Positions 9,074 through 18,025 of a DNA stretch of 64,000 bases are shown one piece after another (positions within the stretch are counted from its first letter, which is position 1; the number at the start of each line of letters is the position of its first letter). This DNA is from a virus. Where the stretch lies: positions 1 to 64,000 of IMG/VR virus record IMGVR_UViG_3300030450_002056; one strand, given 5' to 3'. Made by a program: the position numbers and the translations under genes. The notes beneath the pieces are model-generated. The model saw only the letters and a list, made by a program, of their open reading frames with translations, did no database searches and was not told where the DNA came from.

Positions 9074-9985
9074 TTACATTGTTTTTCCAATCAACCAACT
9101 GCATAATAATTTAGGGGTTGTTGAGCGGCTACGCCATTCTGCTTCTCCTATAATCTTTAACAATTGGAATTTTTTTGTTTGCGTCATATTAGTATCTAAA
9201 ACTGCATCGTGCAAATTAATACATACTGTGTTCATATCAGTCACTTGATATATTCTTGAGTGTAATTTATCCAGAGCATTCTCATATTTATTCTCTAATA
9301 TCATTTTTATTATTTCTGAATAAGGTTCAAGACTTTGTTTAGTGACCTTTGATAATGGGCTATTACTGGCGATTGACGCTTGTAGTTCAGTAATGCCTCT
9401 ACGAATATCACCATGCAGACCCCCTATAAATGCCTCGATATTTTCATTATTGGGTAGTTTATGGTTTTCTTGCTTTAATATCCTCTCTAAAATTAACCTG
9501 ATGTTTTCATCAGATAATCTTGTAAATTGATAATTAGCACACCTTGACTGCAATGGGTAGATAATTTTAGACCTATCATTACAAGTTAAGATAAATCTAC
9601 AGTTATCTGCATAGCGTTCCATAATGCGCTTCAATGCATTTTGTGCATCTTTAGTCATACCATCCATCTCATCTAAAAGGATAACTTTAAACGGCACATC
9701 GCCTACTTTAGATGTTGATGCTATTTCTTTAATTTTTGTTCTAACAGTTTCCAACTTTCTATCATCTGATGCATTTAACTCAACAAAGTTAGACTGTTTA
9801 AATTTACCTAACATCTCATTTGCTAATGCTCCTGCGGCGGCAGTTTTACCTGTTCCGGCTACACCAAACAATAAAACATTAGGCATTTCTTTACTAACAA
9901 CCCAATTTTCTGCATCCATAATAAAACTATATTGACCTATTACTTCACTTAAATAATAAGGCCTGTATTTTTCTGTCCATAACAT
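9074..9985 (-). CDS. rfcS: Replication factor C small subunit (clamp loader)
   Basis: LWTEKYRP, GVAGTGKT, ELNASDDR, ILLDEMD, AQNALKRIME, LQSRC. Confidence 0.95.
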   Translation of the reverse strand: MLWTEKYRPYYLSEVIGQYSFIMDAENWVVSKEMPNVLLFGVAGTGKTAAAGALANEMLGKFKQSNFVELNASDDRKLETVRTKIKEIASTSKVGDVPFKVILLDEMDGMTKDAQNALKRIMERYADNCRFILTCNDRSKIIYPLQSRCANYQFTRLSDENIRLILERILKQENHKLPNNENIEAFIGGLHGDIRRGITELQASIASNSPLSKVTKQSLEPYSEIIKMILENKYENALDKLHSRIYQVTDMNTVCINLHDAVLDTNMTQTKKFQLLKIIGEAEWRSRSTTPKLLCSWLIGKTM

Positions 9986-10245
9986 TACTCTTCCTCTCCT
10001 ACATAAACCCACTTTGAAGTTATATTTTTACCTGCGTTTGGGTTAGTTTGCAGATAATTTGAATCTGAGGACAGTATCGCCCCCAACTGTTGATGTGTTG
10101 TTTGGGTGTATCTATGAAGACCTACCCCATATTTACTTTTATATCTATTTAGAAAATCTACTGCTTCTTGAGTAGAAAACTCAATTTTAGTTTTATGGAA
10201 CTCTAACAGTGCTTTCTTTTTATGGTAATGTTTTCCTAATTTCAT
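9985..10245 (-). CDS. Small basic winged-helix-like protein
   Basis: FSTQEAVDFL...QQLGAIL pattern; resembles the adjacent ORF. Confidence 0.45.
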   Translation of the reverse strand: MKLGKHYHKKKALLEFHKTKIEFSTQEAVDFLNRYKSKYGVGLHRYTQTTHQQLGAILSSDSNYLQTNPNAGKNITSKWVYVGEEE

Positions 10246-10537
10246 TTTTATTCCTCTTATGTCTATATATATTATGATTTGCGGTAGATTTTCCAACAAT
10301 AATTACTTTACTATTGTATCTCAAAAAACGAGATACATGAGAATGGTGATAAGAATATTGCTTTCTAACGTTTCCATGTCTGTCTAATTCACCATCTGTT
10401 TCCCAATAATAGGAAAGCCAATTACGCATATCTCTTACAGTAAATGTGCCTTCCATCCTATCTAGAACATAGTCTAATTGTTTCCATCTTCTTGAATTGG
10501 TGTTTAATAGCCAAGGTTTCTTTTTCCCTCTAACCAT
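10220..10537 (-). CDS. Small basic winged-helix-like protein
   Basis: FTVRDMRNWL...SHVSRFL pattern. Confidence 0.45.
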   Translation of the reverse strand: MVRGKKKPWLLNTNSRRWKQLDYVLDRMEGTFTVRDMRNWLSYYWETDGELDRHGNVRKQYSYHHSHVSRFLRYNSKVIIVGKSTANHNIYRHKRNKNEIRKTLP

Positions 10538-11388
10538 TACAACCACCTGTCTAATGTAACAACCTCTTCTTTAGGTGCTTTGATTCTTCTTTGAGTTCTT
10601 TCACCCAAACCAAGAATCCTATATTGTTTATTATTTAATTTGTTTTTTGCGTATGTTTGAAAATTTGAATCTTCTAATAACAATTTTAACAAATGTTGTT
10701 CTTCTGTTCTTAATTTTAATTTCCTACAGATTGTAGGTAGTTCTGTCTTTACGTTCTTTTTAGGCATATTTAACCTTCCGGCTAATTTACCGTCATGAGC
10801 ATATGTTAACAGTTCATTGAAATATGAAGTGTCCCATTGATATTTAACCTTTGAATCAATAAAAATTAATTCATCTGTTTTGATATTCTTAGAAAGCCAA
10901 ACTAAAAACATTGATTGTTGATTACTCTTTAAGTTGTAATTTAATTTGGTTAGGACTTCTTCTCTATTTGAGTTCTTACAATAATCCATTAATAGTTTAA
11001 ATATATCTAAATCATATAATATAGGCGGGTCGCTTCTAGGCGCAATTTCTTCTATTGTAGAGAAATCCTCTCCACTAGCCCTTTTCAATTTTAACATATT
11101 GAATAAAGTCTTAGGAACATCTTTTTGATTAGAAGAAAGTAATACAACTTTCCCTCTATATTCAGAAAGAGTTTGGGTAATTAAATCAACCTTTGGTTTA
11201 TAGTTGGCTTCTTTAATTAGAATTCCCCTGCTAATAGGAATACTATAGTTATCTTCAATATCATATTCATTGGCATACTTAACAATAGGATTATTTGGTA
11301 AAAGTTCTAATGCCTTTTCCATGCATTTCTTTTCTGACTTGCCTACAATTATTATTGGTCTTTCATTATTATTATTAATAAGTCCCAT
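10537..11388 (-). CDS. Degenerate AAA+ protein, possibly an RFC large-subunit equivalent
   Basis: RPIIIVGK followed by a decayed Walker A, ILIKE in the Walker B position, C-terminal TLDRWL PIP-like tail; lies near rfcS. Confidence 0.5.
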   Translation of the reverse strand: MGLINNNNERPIIIVGKSEKKCMEKALELLPNNPIVKYANEYDIEDNYSIPISRGILIKEANYKPKVDLITQTLSEYRGKVVLLSSNQKDVPKTLFNMLKLKRASGEDFSTIEEIAPRSDPPILYDLDIFKLLMDYCKNSNREEVLTKLNYNLKSNQQSMFLVWLSKNIKTDELIFIDSKVKYQWDTSYFNELLTYAHDGKLAGRLNMPKKNVKTELPTICRKLKLRTEEQHLLKLLLEDSNFQTYAKNKLNNKQYRILGLGERTQRRIKAPKEEVVTLDRWL

Positions 11389-11397
11389 TAAATTACC

Positions 11398-11796
11398 TCA
11401 GATTAAACCTTTTAATTCAAGTATTCTATCTAACCCTTGTGAGTTTTGATGTCCCTTGACTTCGTGAACAATATTCCTTGCTTCTTTAAATACATTCCAA
11501 TTATTGTTATGTGGAATATTATCTGGAACAAGGTTGCACAACCCATATAATGCGGCCTTACCAGTTACAGTAAGAATCGGTCTGGGCCTTGATTTATGTT
11601 CTTGTGCCTTGAACTTCGCTATGATATTATGTTGTTTTAATGTCCTTCCTATTGCTAATAAATAATCTTCTTTTCCTCGAAAATTAACTCTTAACCTAAC
11701 TCTATAGCCAATACTGGCAGTTAAGTCCCTAGATACGTTTATCTCACATTTGGCTCCTGATATTAATATTCCTTCTAACTGTTCTTTGGTATACAT
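11398..11796 (-). CDS. LAGLIDADG-fold protein, apparently catalytically degenerate
   Basis: EQLEGILISGAKCEINVS helix-strand, GYRVRLRVNF, and C-terminal GHQNSQGLDRILELK typical of single-motif LAGLIDADG proteins. Confidence 0.6.
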   Translation of the reverse strand: MYTKEQLEGILISGAKCEINVSRDLTASIGYRVRLRVNFRGKEDYLLAIGRTLKQHNIIAKFKAQEHKSRPRPILTVTGKAALYGLCNLVPDNIPHNNNWNVFKEARNIVHEVKGHQNSQGLDRILELKGLI

Positions 11797-12266
11797 TATT
11801 CATACAACTCCTTACATAATGAGGCTTCAATGTTATGGTCAGGCCAAACCCCGCGACCTTGATTTGGTGAAAGTTGAACCCAATACCAATGACTCGGCAT
11901 TATTCTCCTTTTACCTTCTTGGATTGCATTTTGCTCAGCATAGGAGGCTAACTCTCTAACAAGCCCCTCAATCTGGTCTTTAACAAAATAAATCAAATCG
12001 TTAGATACCGACAACTCAGCAACTTCATCTTTGATTATCTTAGAGAGATTCAAAATTTTAGCCTTCCGTTTAGGGGTCTTTGGCTTGGTTGGAACGATAA
12101 TATCTCCTTTTTCATCAAAGTAAGGACACATTTCTACGCGATACTTTCGCAACCTACCCCTACTTTCCTCTGCGACCTTCTTCAAAAACGCATACCCATC
12201 TTCGATTTTTACACACTGATACGGCCAATTCTCTATTAGGGTCATTTTACCTACTTCAATCATCAT
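11796..12266 (-). CDS. Histone-fold protein with N-terminal extension
   Basis: LSKIIKDEVAELSVSNDLIYFVKDQIEGLVRELASYAEQNAIQEGKRRIMPSH aligns by eye with archaeal HMf (RIIK...RVSDDA...A...A...GRKTIK.ED). Confidence 0.72.
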   Translation of the reverse strand: MMIEVGKMTLIENWPYQCVKIEDGYAFLKKVAEESRGRLRKYRVEMCPYFDEKGDIIVPTKPKTPKRKAKILNLSKIIKDEVAELSVSNDLIYFVKDQIEGLVRELASYAEQNAIQEGKRRIMPSHWYWVQLSPNQGRGVWPDHNIEASLCKELYE

Positions 12267-13813
12267 ATCATCTCCATAACTGTGGTTAGTGTATCTATGT
12301 CTTTAGGGAACTTATCCTCTCGGATTCGTTTTACTCTCGGAAATCTTAGTCCGTAATTACCTTGCTCATCTTGGCTTACTAAATCAGCAGAAACTTCTAA
12401 TACTATTCTAGGTAAGAAATGGAATGTATCTCCTTCATATGAATCAACATTCTTTTTAAGGTTAGTAGTTAATAAAAACAATTGTGCCTCTGATAGTCCC
12501 GTTCCAACAGAACCTACTGGTATATACTCATCCCCGTCTAATACAGAAATTCCTAATGTCCCAAATACACCGCTTCTTTTACCTTCGCCATATTTTCCAG
12601 AAGTAATAACTACATCAAGAGATACTCTAGGAGGTTTATGTTTTAACCAACCTTTACTTCTCTTTCCAGATTGATAGGGCATATTACCATCTTTAATCAT
12701 TATACCCTCAAAGCCTAAATCAATTGCAGTTTGGTAAGCACTTGCTTCTGTAAAATCTCCATCTGAACCAAACACATAAGTTTGATATTCCTTTGGGACT
12801 ACTTTTTGTAGGGTTTCCATCCTTACACTTTGAGGTTGTTCTAAATATGATTTACCATCTAAAGACAATAAATCAAACACGGCTAATTTAACAGGGCATT
12901 GTTGAACAGCCTCCGCCTTATTTAGTTTGTGAACTCTCTTTGCTAACAGTTTATGTTCAGCAGGTGAACCATCTAAATTAATGGGGTATATTTCTGTGTC
13001 TAAAATTACATTTGTGCTTTCAAAATCTCTAACAATGTTAACAATGTCGGGATATTGGCTAGTTACAATATTGCCCTTCCGATTAAAAATAATTATAGAT
13101 ACAGCATTGGCAACCCATGATTTATGTATTTGATATCTATTACCATCATACTTAATATCAACTATAGCATTCCTAACAACATCTCTCGGTTTCTTTGCTT
13201 TAGCCAACATAGGCTTAACAAACTGCCCATGAACTAATTTACACTCTGGAACTTTTCCAGCATCTAACTCAGAACAAATCTTACTGGCTGTATTATATTT
13301 ATGGTATTCCATAACTTTAGAATCACTGTAATACTTTGATAAGACCTTTAATGGTATTTTATTATTAACACCATTTCTAGGCTTTCTAAGCCAATATCTA
13401 ACAAACCATTTTTTCTCTAAGCAATTCATTTGTTTTATTGCTTTAGAAAACCTAACGTAAGATGGGCCTGACTGTGATGCACAATCCATTTCAAGTAATG
13501 ATATAAATTCTGAAATAGTAATACCTGAAGAATCATTTTCACCTTCATACAATACATATAGACCCTCGCCCATATCTCCCCAACAATTTATTTCATATTC
13601 TAGTTCTTCTTCAAATAAACCTAATGCGCTAGAAACCCACTTTATAGATTTCTTAGAACCCATATTATTATTAGCATATTCTAAAGATAGAATCTTAATT
13701 ACAGATGGCTTATCTTCAAAAGAAGAAAGGTTCTCTGAAATTATTTTCACCTTTTCTGTGGGGGGTTTATCTTCAATTAGTTGGCACAAATTAGAAATCT
13801 GTTGAAGACTCAT
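12263..13813 (-). CDS. lig: ATP-dependent DNA ligase (archaeal type)
   Basis: KPMLA, KYDGNRYQIH, ILDTEI, VFDLL, EGIMIK, WLKHK, LRFPR. Confidence 0.95.
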   Translation of the reverse strand: MSLQQISNLCQLIEDKPPTEKVKIISENLSSFEDKPSVIKILSLEYANNNMGSKKSIKWVSSALGLFEEELEYEINCWGDMGEGLYVLYEGENDSSGITISEFISLLEMDCASQSGPSYVRFSKAIKQMNCLEKKWFVRYWLRKPRNGVNNKIPLKVLSKYYSDSKVMEYHKYNTASKICSELDAGKVPECKLVHGQFVKPMLAKAKKPRDVVRNAIVDIKYDGNRYQIHKSWVANAVSIIIFNRKGNIVTSQYPDIVNIVRDFESTNVILDTEIYPINLDGSPAEHKLLAKRVHKLNKAEAVQQCPVKLAVFDLLSLDGKSYLEQPQSVRMETLQKVVPKEYQTYVFGSDGDFTEASAYQTAIDLGFEGIMIKDGNMPYQSGKRSKGWLKHKPPRVSLDVVITSGKYGEGKRSGVFGTLGISVLDGDEYIPVGSVGTGLSEAQLFLLTTNLKKNVDSYEGDTFHFLPRIVLEVSADLVSQDEQGNYGLRFPRVKRIREDKFPKDIDTLTTVMEMI

Positions 13814-14039
13814 CTTGACCACCTCTATAGAATAAACTAATTACCGCCCTTTGAACGTGATGTTTATTTAATTTCTTATCGTCTGCATTATTAAATTCCC
13901 GTATAGTCATATTAATGACTTCCTCTAACCTATGGGCCATATATTTTTCTATTTCCACATAAGTATCGGAATTAACATAAGTTCCTCTTTCTAAATTATT
14001 CTTCATTTCTTTCTTCAATGTTCTCATAGATATTATCAT
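13791..14039 (-). CDS. Small histone-fold protein
   Basis: 82 aa with a helix-loop (YVNSDT)-long helix-loop (KKLNKHHV)-helix layout. Confidence 0.55.
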   Translation of the reverse strand: MIISMRTLKKEMKNNLERGTYVNSDTYVEIEKYMAHRLEEVINMTIREFNNADDKKLNKHHVQRAVISLFYRGGQDESSTDF

Positions 14040-14241
14040 TTAAAATCCTCTTTAATGCTTGAAGGACTTTCTGCCCTTCGTCTTTATTGAACCGCACACC
14101 TTTTCTAGTATGCTTTCCATTCTCATACCATCTAATATCAATTATAGGTATGTTCCAAAATTCTGCTTCAACAACCATTAATTCGGTTGTAGCATTTCTT
14201 GGTATTCTTAATACAATTCTTTCATTCTTCAATCCAACCAC
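13996..14241 (-). CDS. PC4/Sub1-like ssDNA-binding protein
   Basis: EFWNIPIIDIRWYENGKHTRKGVRF matches the PC4 signature (F.G...DIR.Y....PTKKGI). Confidence 0.8.
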   Translation of the reverse strand: MVGLKNERIVLRIPRNATTELMVVEAEFWNIPIIDIRWYENGKHTRKGVRFNKDEGQKVLQALKRILNDNIYENIEERNEE

Positions 14242-14641
14242 TCCTAAACATCTGTAATTCTTTATATGTTTTAAAGTATCTTGGACTTTCTAATTCATCT
14301 AACCTACTAACTAGCCAAACTACGCCACCCACACTACTTATTCTAACAATTTCATATTGGCCGTTGCTAACATCAACCACTTCTTCTGTTTCTATTTCAG
14401 GTATTAACCCATATTTTTCAGAAAGAGATTGTGCTACCTCACGCATATTTTCTGCAACATATTTAATTATAAGAAACCGTTGTATTGGAACCTTAGCATC
14501 TACAGTAATATGTAATTTCCCAGTCCAATCACATACCTTACATTTATTCCCTTCGCAAATAGGACAGGGAATTTCTGCGGGTAATGGAGCAGGGAATCTT
14601 ATTGTGACTGTAGGCTTCACACGCATTCCTTTCCGTCCCAC
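14222..14641 (-). CDS. Zn-finger protein
   Basis: CPICEGNKCKVCDWTG. Confidence 0.6.
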   Translation of the reverse strand: MGRKGMRVKPTVTIRFPAPLPAEIPCPICEGNKCKVCDWTGKLHITVDAKVPIQRFLIIKYVAENMREVAQSLSEKYGLIPEIETEEVVDVSNGQYEIVRISSVGGVVWLVSRLDELESPRYFKTYKELQMFRSGWIEE

Positions 14642-15150
14642 AACCTATACTCAACAGAATAAGTTACTGTTATATCATACTGGAAATCAGGAACATATAC
14701 CCCTGCTAACCCTAGTTGTGGAGCATGACCCATATTAAACAGTATTTTATCTACATCTACTATTGTATAATTATGCGTCATGTTATCGGTTTCATTTACA
14801 AGAATGGTAATTACATATTCTGAAGTTTCTTCTTGATACAAATACCCCATGTTGCCTTCTTGGAAAGTTAAATTGTTAAATATAACAGAATTATTATCTA
14901 CTGTAAAACTAAGATGAGTTGCAGTCATAGTTATTGATTGAATCTCCATCCACTTACTTTCATTACCAATGAATACAGGAACATAAGTTTCGTTTTCTAA
15001 AACGACAATTTCACCTGATTCTGTTTCCCAATCAGGATAACTACAATCACTAAATATCTCATCAGGGCTAGGTAGGCTATCAGCACAACCTGCCATAAAA
15101 CTACATACTATCATTAACGCTATCATTTTCTTTTTATTTGTTTTGCTCAT
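14617..15150 (-). CDS. Predicted lipoprotein
   Basis: Basic N-region, hydrophobic stretch, lipobox MAGC, beta-rich acidic mature domain. Confidence 0.65.
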   Translation of the reverse strand: MSKTNKKKMIALMIVCSFMAGCADSLPSPDEIFSDCSYPDWETESGEIVVLENETYVPVFIGNESKWMEIQSITMTATHLSFTVDNNSVIFNNLTFQEGNMGYLYQEETSEYVITILVNETDNMTHNYTIVDVDKILFNMGHAPQLGLAGVYVPDFQYDITVTYSVEYRLWDGKECV

Positions 15151-15361
15151 CTTCTTCACCTTTTATTATGCTTTGTTGCCATTCTGTTATTTTTCGATGC
15201 ATGGCTTCGTAATCATCTTCTAATCCATCTTCTCTAATCTGTTGTCCAATATCAAATAATACATTAATAAATTCCTCAACCCCAATCCCAACAGACTCGG
15301 CCCTCTCTTGTATCTCAAGCCATCGTTCTTTGGTTAAGTAGATTGTGGTAAAAGGGTTCAT
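15134..15361 (-). CDS. Ribbon-helix-helix-like small protein
   Basis: TTIYLTKERWLEIQERAESVGIGVEEFINVL. Confidence 0.45.
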   Translation of the reverse strand: MNPFTTIYLTKERWLEIQERAESVGIGVEEFINVLFDIGQQIREDGLEDDYEAMHRKITEWQQSIIKGEEDEQNK

Positions 15362-15552
15362 TCTGACCCCTCCGAGTAAAAATCTACTAGAGTGGCATCT
15401 GGTCTATCTTTAAAATAATCGACTCTCATAAGTTCAAGTATTAAATAGTCATCGAAAGAATAAAATCTAGGTAAATAACCTGTGGCCTTTGCCTTCTTGA
15501 AATATTCAACCATTGATTCTCTGTTTTTTACCATATCATCATATATACTCAT
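15358..15552 (-). CDS. Hypothetical protein
   Basis: ORF track; ATGA-coupled. Confidence 0.5.
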   Translation of the reverse strand: MSIYDDMVKNRESMVEYFKKAKATGYLPRFYSFDDYLILELMRVDYFKDRPDATLVDFYSEGSE

Positions 15553-15770
15553 TCTTCTTCACCTTGAATCTTGGCTATTTCAGTTCTAATTGCATCTACA
15601 TGATGAGTTACATCTTTTCCAACTGAGTTATAACAAAGGTTGGTTATAATATTGTTTAACCATTCTTCGTCATTTACATTATAAGACATAAGTAACTCTA
15701 ATATTTGAGCCATGCCTTCATCAATGCCATCTTTCTTAATTACTGCTTTTACTACTTCATTTGTATTCAT
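15549..15770 (-). CDS. Hypothetical protein
   Basis: ORF track; ATGA-coupled. Confidence 0.5.
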   Translation of the reverse strand: MNTNEVVKAVIKKDGIDEGMAQILELLMSYNVNDEEWLNNIITNLCYNSVGKDVTHHVDAIRTEIAKIQGEEE

Positions 15771-16057
15771 TCTTCTTCAACCCCTTTTATACTAAATTCT
15801 CCAACCAATGTAATATTGTAACGCTCTCTATCCATAAGTTCACCTGTGCTTCTTGCAATCCTAATATCATAACCAGTTGCGATATTATTACAAACATACC
15901 ATATTTTTTCCCAAAGCCTATCTTCGGTTATGGGTGGTTTTATTTTCTGGGTTTTGCTTATCATAGTATCAACTATGTATAAATCTTCAGTATAGCCCAA
16001 AAGAATCAGTGCTTCTCTTAATGACTCTATCTTTTTCTTGTTTAATTCTATGCTCAT
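15767..16057 (-). CDS. Hypothetical protein
   Basis: ORF track; ATGA-coupled. Confidence 0.5.
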   Translation of the reverse strand: MSIELNKKKIESLREALILLGYTEDLYIVDTMISKTQKIKPPITEDRLWEKIWYVCNNIATGYDIRIARSTGELMDRERYNITLVGEFSIKGVEEE

Positions 16058-16272
16058 TCTTCTTCACCTTCTAACACAAACCAACTAGAAATTAACCATT
16101 GTTTTGCTACTGCAATAGTAGTTGTTAACCCGTATTCCCAGTCTTCATGGTTTCTAAATTCAATATACCAATCAGGATTGGTCTTTTCCATGTCTTCAAT
16201 AATTTTTAGATACTTTATTGCGTTTTCTAAAGTTATTCTTGCTTCTCTATTTGATGGGCCAGTAAATCTCAT
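16054..16272 (-). CDS. Hypothetical protein
   Basis: ORF track; ATGA-coupled. Confidence 0.5.
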   Translation of the reverse strand: MRFTGPSNREARITLENAIKYLKIIEDMEKTNPDWYIEFRNHEDWEYGLTTTIAVAKQWLISSWFVLEGEEE

Positions 16273-16772
16273 TCTTCTTCCCCCGTATCAATAGTTTTAA
16301 TCGAAGAATCATAAAAGAATATATCTTTTGTATCTCCATTTTCATCAAAGTATATTTTCTTACCCATGTCCTCAGATATCTTATATGCGTAATATTGTAA
16401 ATTACCCAATACAACTGCATATTCCATTACGGTCTTCCAAGTATTAATAGTTCCCCAATCGGTGCTACTAAAATATGCTTCACCAAAAGGATGAGTATGA
16501 ATCCAACACTTAATAGGCAAGCACATCTTCTGCTCATTTAATTCTTCTTCGTGATTCATAAACGATACAAAGGAAGGAGTGCCGCTACTAATAAATATGT
16601 TATTATTTTTATCAATAACAACCTGCACTTCCATACCTTCTAAATCTTCACTAGAAGCCTTCCAAATAGAGGCAAGGAATAGTTCAGCATCAGCATTGGG
16701 GAAATCCCATTTAGCATCTTCCTTAACCATATCCCAATATTCTCTTATTTCAGTCTTCCATTCTGTTTCCAT
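16269..16772 (-). CDS. JAB/MPN+ (JAMM) metalloprotease, putative Ubl-processing/deconjugating enzyme
   Basis: Upstream Glu (GMEVQV) and an exact JAMM motif H-x-H-x7-S-x2-D (HTHPFGEAYFSSTD). Confidence 0.88.
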   Translation of the reverse strand: METEWKTEIREYWDMVKEDAKWDFPNADAELFLASIWKASSEDLEGMEVQVVIDKNNNIFISSGTPSFVSFMNHEEELNEQKMCLPIKCWIHTHPFGEAYFSSTDWGTINTWKTVMEYAVVLGNLQYYAYKISEDMGKKIYFDENGDTKDIFFYDSSIKTIDTGEEE

Positions 16773-16776
16773 ATAC

Positions 16777-17151
16777 TTAACTCCAATCAATGTAATTCCC
16801 TTCCGTTAATAAATACAATCCTACAACTGCTGCAATAGAGGCAACTATAAACCTTCTAATCTTTGCTTCATGTTCTAAAACTGTTACCCTGTTTGCGTGG
16901 TTTGTTATTTTATCTGCTAACTTTACATACTCAACTACTTCTTCTGTGGTTATGTCTTCTTTTACATAATGTTCCATATTGTCAACTATGTTCTTTTTAA
17001 TAAGTTGTCGCCTTTTAGAAGAGATAGCACCTTTAGTTCTTTTTGTGCCTTCAAACCTCTCAAGGGTTTCTTTTAATGTGCAACCGTCAGCCACACATTC
17101 TTTCATCACTGTTAATTCATCATCTGTCCATCTTAAATTATATTTTGCCAT
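16777..17151 (-). CDS. Myb/SANT-like HTH protein with C-terminal transmembrane helix
   Basis: RWTDDEL...RTKGAISSKR, then FIVASIAAVVGLYLL. Confidence 0.55.
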   Translation of the reverse strand: MAKYNLRWTDDELTVMKECVADGCTLKETLERFEGTKRTKGAISSKRRQLIKKNIVDNMEHYVKEDITTEEVVEYVKLADKITNHANRVTVLEHEAKIRRFIVASIAAVVGLYLLTEGNYIDWS

Positions 17152-17162
17152 GTTTAATCACC

Positions 17163-17447
17163 TCATAGTATGCAACCTTTATTGCATCTAAAATGATTTG
17201 GGTTATGTTTTGTTGACCCAAACCAAATTACTTTTCCATCACACTTAGGACAATCATCTTCAAGTTTTAAATCCTTGTAGATTACCCTATTGTGTTCTTT
17301 CATTATTTTCCGCATCATCATAATATCTACGCCGGGTTCTTCTTTAGAGTATCTTACTCCCTTATCCGATTTTCTTACATTTTTATCATTAGGATGCCTT
17401 TCTTTATGGTCTGCTACTCTTTCTATTATTGTTATTTTATCTTTCAT
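17163..17447 (-). CDS. Zn-ribbon protein
   Basis: CPKCDG...FRCNKGC. Confidence 0.55.
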   Translation of the reverse strand: MKDKITIIERVADHKERHPNDKNVRKSDKGVRYSKEEPGVDIMMMRKIMKEHNRVIYKDLKLEDDCPKCDGKVIWFGSTKHNPNHFRCNKGCIL

Positions 17448-18019
17448 ATACTCACCATCATGTATTCAATTACTTCATCACCGTTAAGATACCTATGCAA
17501 CCATTGCGCCCCCATACCTGCAATAATTGTATGTGTTAAATTAACCCCTTTCGCTTTACCTGCCCAATCCCCCGCTTGGCATGAATACGAACCATCTGGG
17601 CCTTCTAATAAAGAATCGGCCATTTTATCATTTATTTTACAAGAAATTAATGCGCCGTTTCTACCTTGCGCTCGCAAATCTAGCCACTCTATCCCATCAT
17701 CTCCACCTTGATTAGACATATAAATCAACCGTCTAACAGTTAAATTGTCTGCACAACACACTACCATATCATAACCTTTAATCTGATTTACTGTTAATAC
17801 AGGGTATGGTTGCCCAGAAACAGATGAATAGCGAGCCATCATTGCTTCTGCTTTATTTAAAGTAATTTCTTCTTCATTGTAATTTTGATACAGTAGATTT
17901 TTCTTTTCAATAGTATCATTATCAAATACTGTTATAGTGTAACAACCTAATCTATCTAATAGTGGAATTAAGTAACTACCTATTCCACCTGCCCCTATTA
18001 TTAATATTTTCTTTTTCAT
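17444..18019 (-). CDS. ThiF/MoeB/E1-family ubiquitin-like activating enzyme
   Basis: IIGAGGIGS, FDNDTIEKKNLLYQ, CCADNLTVR, and candidate catalytic Cys in SYSCQ. Confidence 0.9.
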   Translation of the reverse strand: MKKKILIIGAGGIGSYLIPLLDRLGCYTITVFDNDTIEKKNLLYQNYNEEEITLNKAEAMMARYSSVSGQPYPVLTVNQIKGYDMVVCCADNLTVRRLIYMSNQGGDDGIEWLDLRAQGRNGALISCKINDKMADSLLEGPDGSYSCQAGDWAGKAKGVNLTHTIIAGMGAQWLHRYLNGDEVIEYMMVSI

Positions 18020-18025
18020 TTATAT

